In this document: one piece after another, positions 63,355-64,000 of the stretch
How the letters are laid out: every line of letters begins with the position of its first letter
Numbering within the stretch: the first letter of the stretch is position 1
DNA from: the human T2T-CHM13v2.0 reference genome, Homo sapiens
Direction: 5' to 3' (one strand)
DNA length: 64,000 bases
Assembly: GCF_009914755.1 (NCBI RefSeq)
Contig: NC_060948.1
The notes under the pieces: model-generated
What the model saw: only the letters and a program-made list of their open reading frames with translations
The model's database searches: none
Told to the model about the DNA's origin: nothing
Position numbers and translations under genes: made by a program

Positions 63355-63551
63355 GTCTCTCCCCGATGTTGAGTTGAGTATGATGGAGCATCACACTTTA
63401 CCGAAAGCAGCAGAACTCCTAAAAAGTTACTACAGTATGCAGGATGTCAGTATTCAGCATGGTCTTATGCACAGGAACTAAAGGAAAAACAGATCGAGTC
63501 ACAGAAAATCAGACAGGAAGAGGGGGTAAACTTGGATTGTATGGAATGAAA

Positions 63552-63557
63552 AATAAA
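63552..63557 (+). terminator. TSPY polyadenylation signal, copy 4
   Basis: AATAAA followed by an interrupted TG tract. Confidence 0.65.
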
Positions 63558-64000
63558 CATTCTCAAGGATATGTGACTCTGTGTTTGTGTGTGTTTCTCT
63601 GTTTGGGTGTGTGTATGTGTGTGTATATTTATCCCCTGGATCCGGGTGTCATAATGAATTGATCAATCCATGTGCATTATTCTCTTCATGGAAATAACCA
63701 GTCTGTGTTGGAGCTGGGCCTCTAAAGTTGTAGAGTGAATAGGTGTGGAATGTGTTGAGATTCTTCCTACAGGACAGAGTTGGGGAGGTAAAAGCAAAAG
63801 ACAGCTTAGTTGGAGGCTTACTTCGTCCTATGGAAGCAGAGGTAGTTCAAGGAAAGGGGTCAATAGGCACTAAGGTTTCCAGGGCCCAGTTTGCTGGGAC
63901 CTCCAAAATCCTTCATTTTGGTATCATCATACCCAATAGATAGCACAGGATGATAGAAATCTTAAAGTTCAATTTCGTGTTGAATTCACATGTTCTCCTT

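Larger units (their letters stand above)
1..64000. repeat. TSPY/DYZ5 ~20.3-kb tandem array (about 3.15 units, including the divergent array terminus)
   Basis: Everything recurs at ~20.3-kb offsets: exon-4 codon 237 at 1504 vs 21832 (20,328 bp); ATGs at 20288, 40599 and 60805. Units are near-identical up to ~50 kb and visibly more divergent after that. Confidence 0.98.

Noticed and set aside
1-64000. CRISPR array, tRNA/rRNA genes, prokaryotic defence or mobile systems
   Set aside because: The sequence is clearly primate genomic DNA (Alu, L1, THE1, spliceosomal introns). I saw no repeat-spacer array or structural RNA signature.

Overview
This is human Y-chromosome ampliconic DNA: the end of the TSPY (DYZ5) tandem array, about 3.15 copies of a ~20.3-kb unit (offsets 20,328, 20,311 and 20,206 bp between successive TSPY copies). 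There are four + strand, six-exon TSPY (SET/NAP-family) copies. Copy 1 starts just before the window and carries W237* (TGG>TGA). Copy 2 is an intact 308-aa ORF whose promoter CCAAT box is mutated. Copy 3 is an intact 314-aa ORF with an 18-bp AEVEVV duplication and H>Q. Copy 4 is a divergent, frameshifted terminal copy. From memory this matches the GRCh38 order TSPY9(P), TSPY6P, TSPY10, TSPY15P; I could not verify those names here. On the - strand each unit carries two old TSPY-derived relics: a head-to-head copy with exons 1-5 (the FAM197Y/CYorf16 region) and a second copy of exons 2-5 about 8.4 kb away. Each unit also holds Alu, L1, a THE1-type solo LTR and microsatellites. TSPY intron 1 has U12 (minor spliceosome) signals. 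From ~50 kb the last unit becomes a mosaic of divergent and array-like tracts. I saw no tRNA, rRNA, CRISPR array or prokaryotic system. The locus is well studied, so the novelty claims below are tentative.
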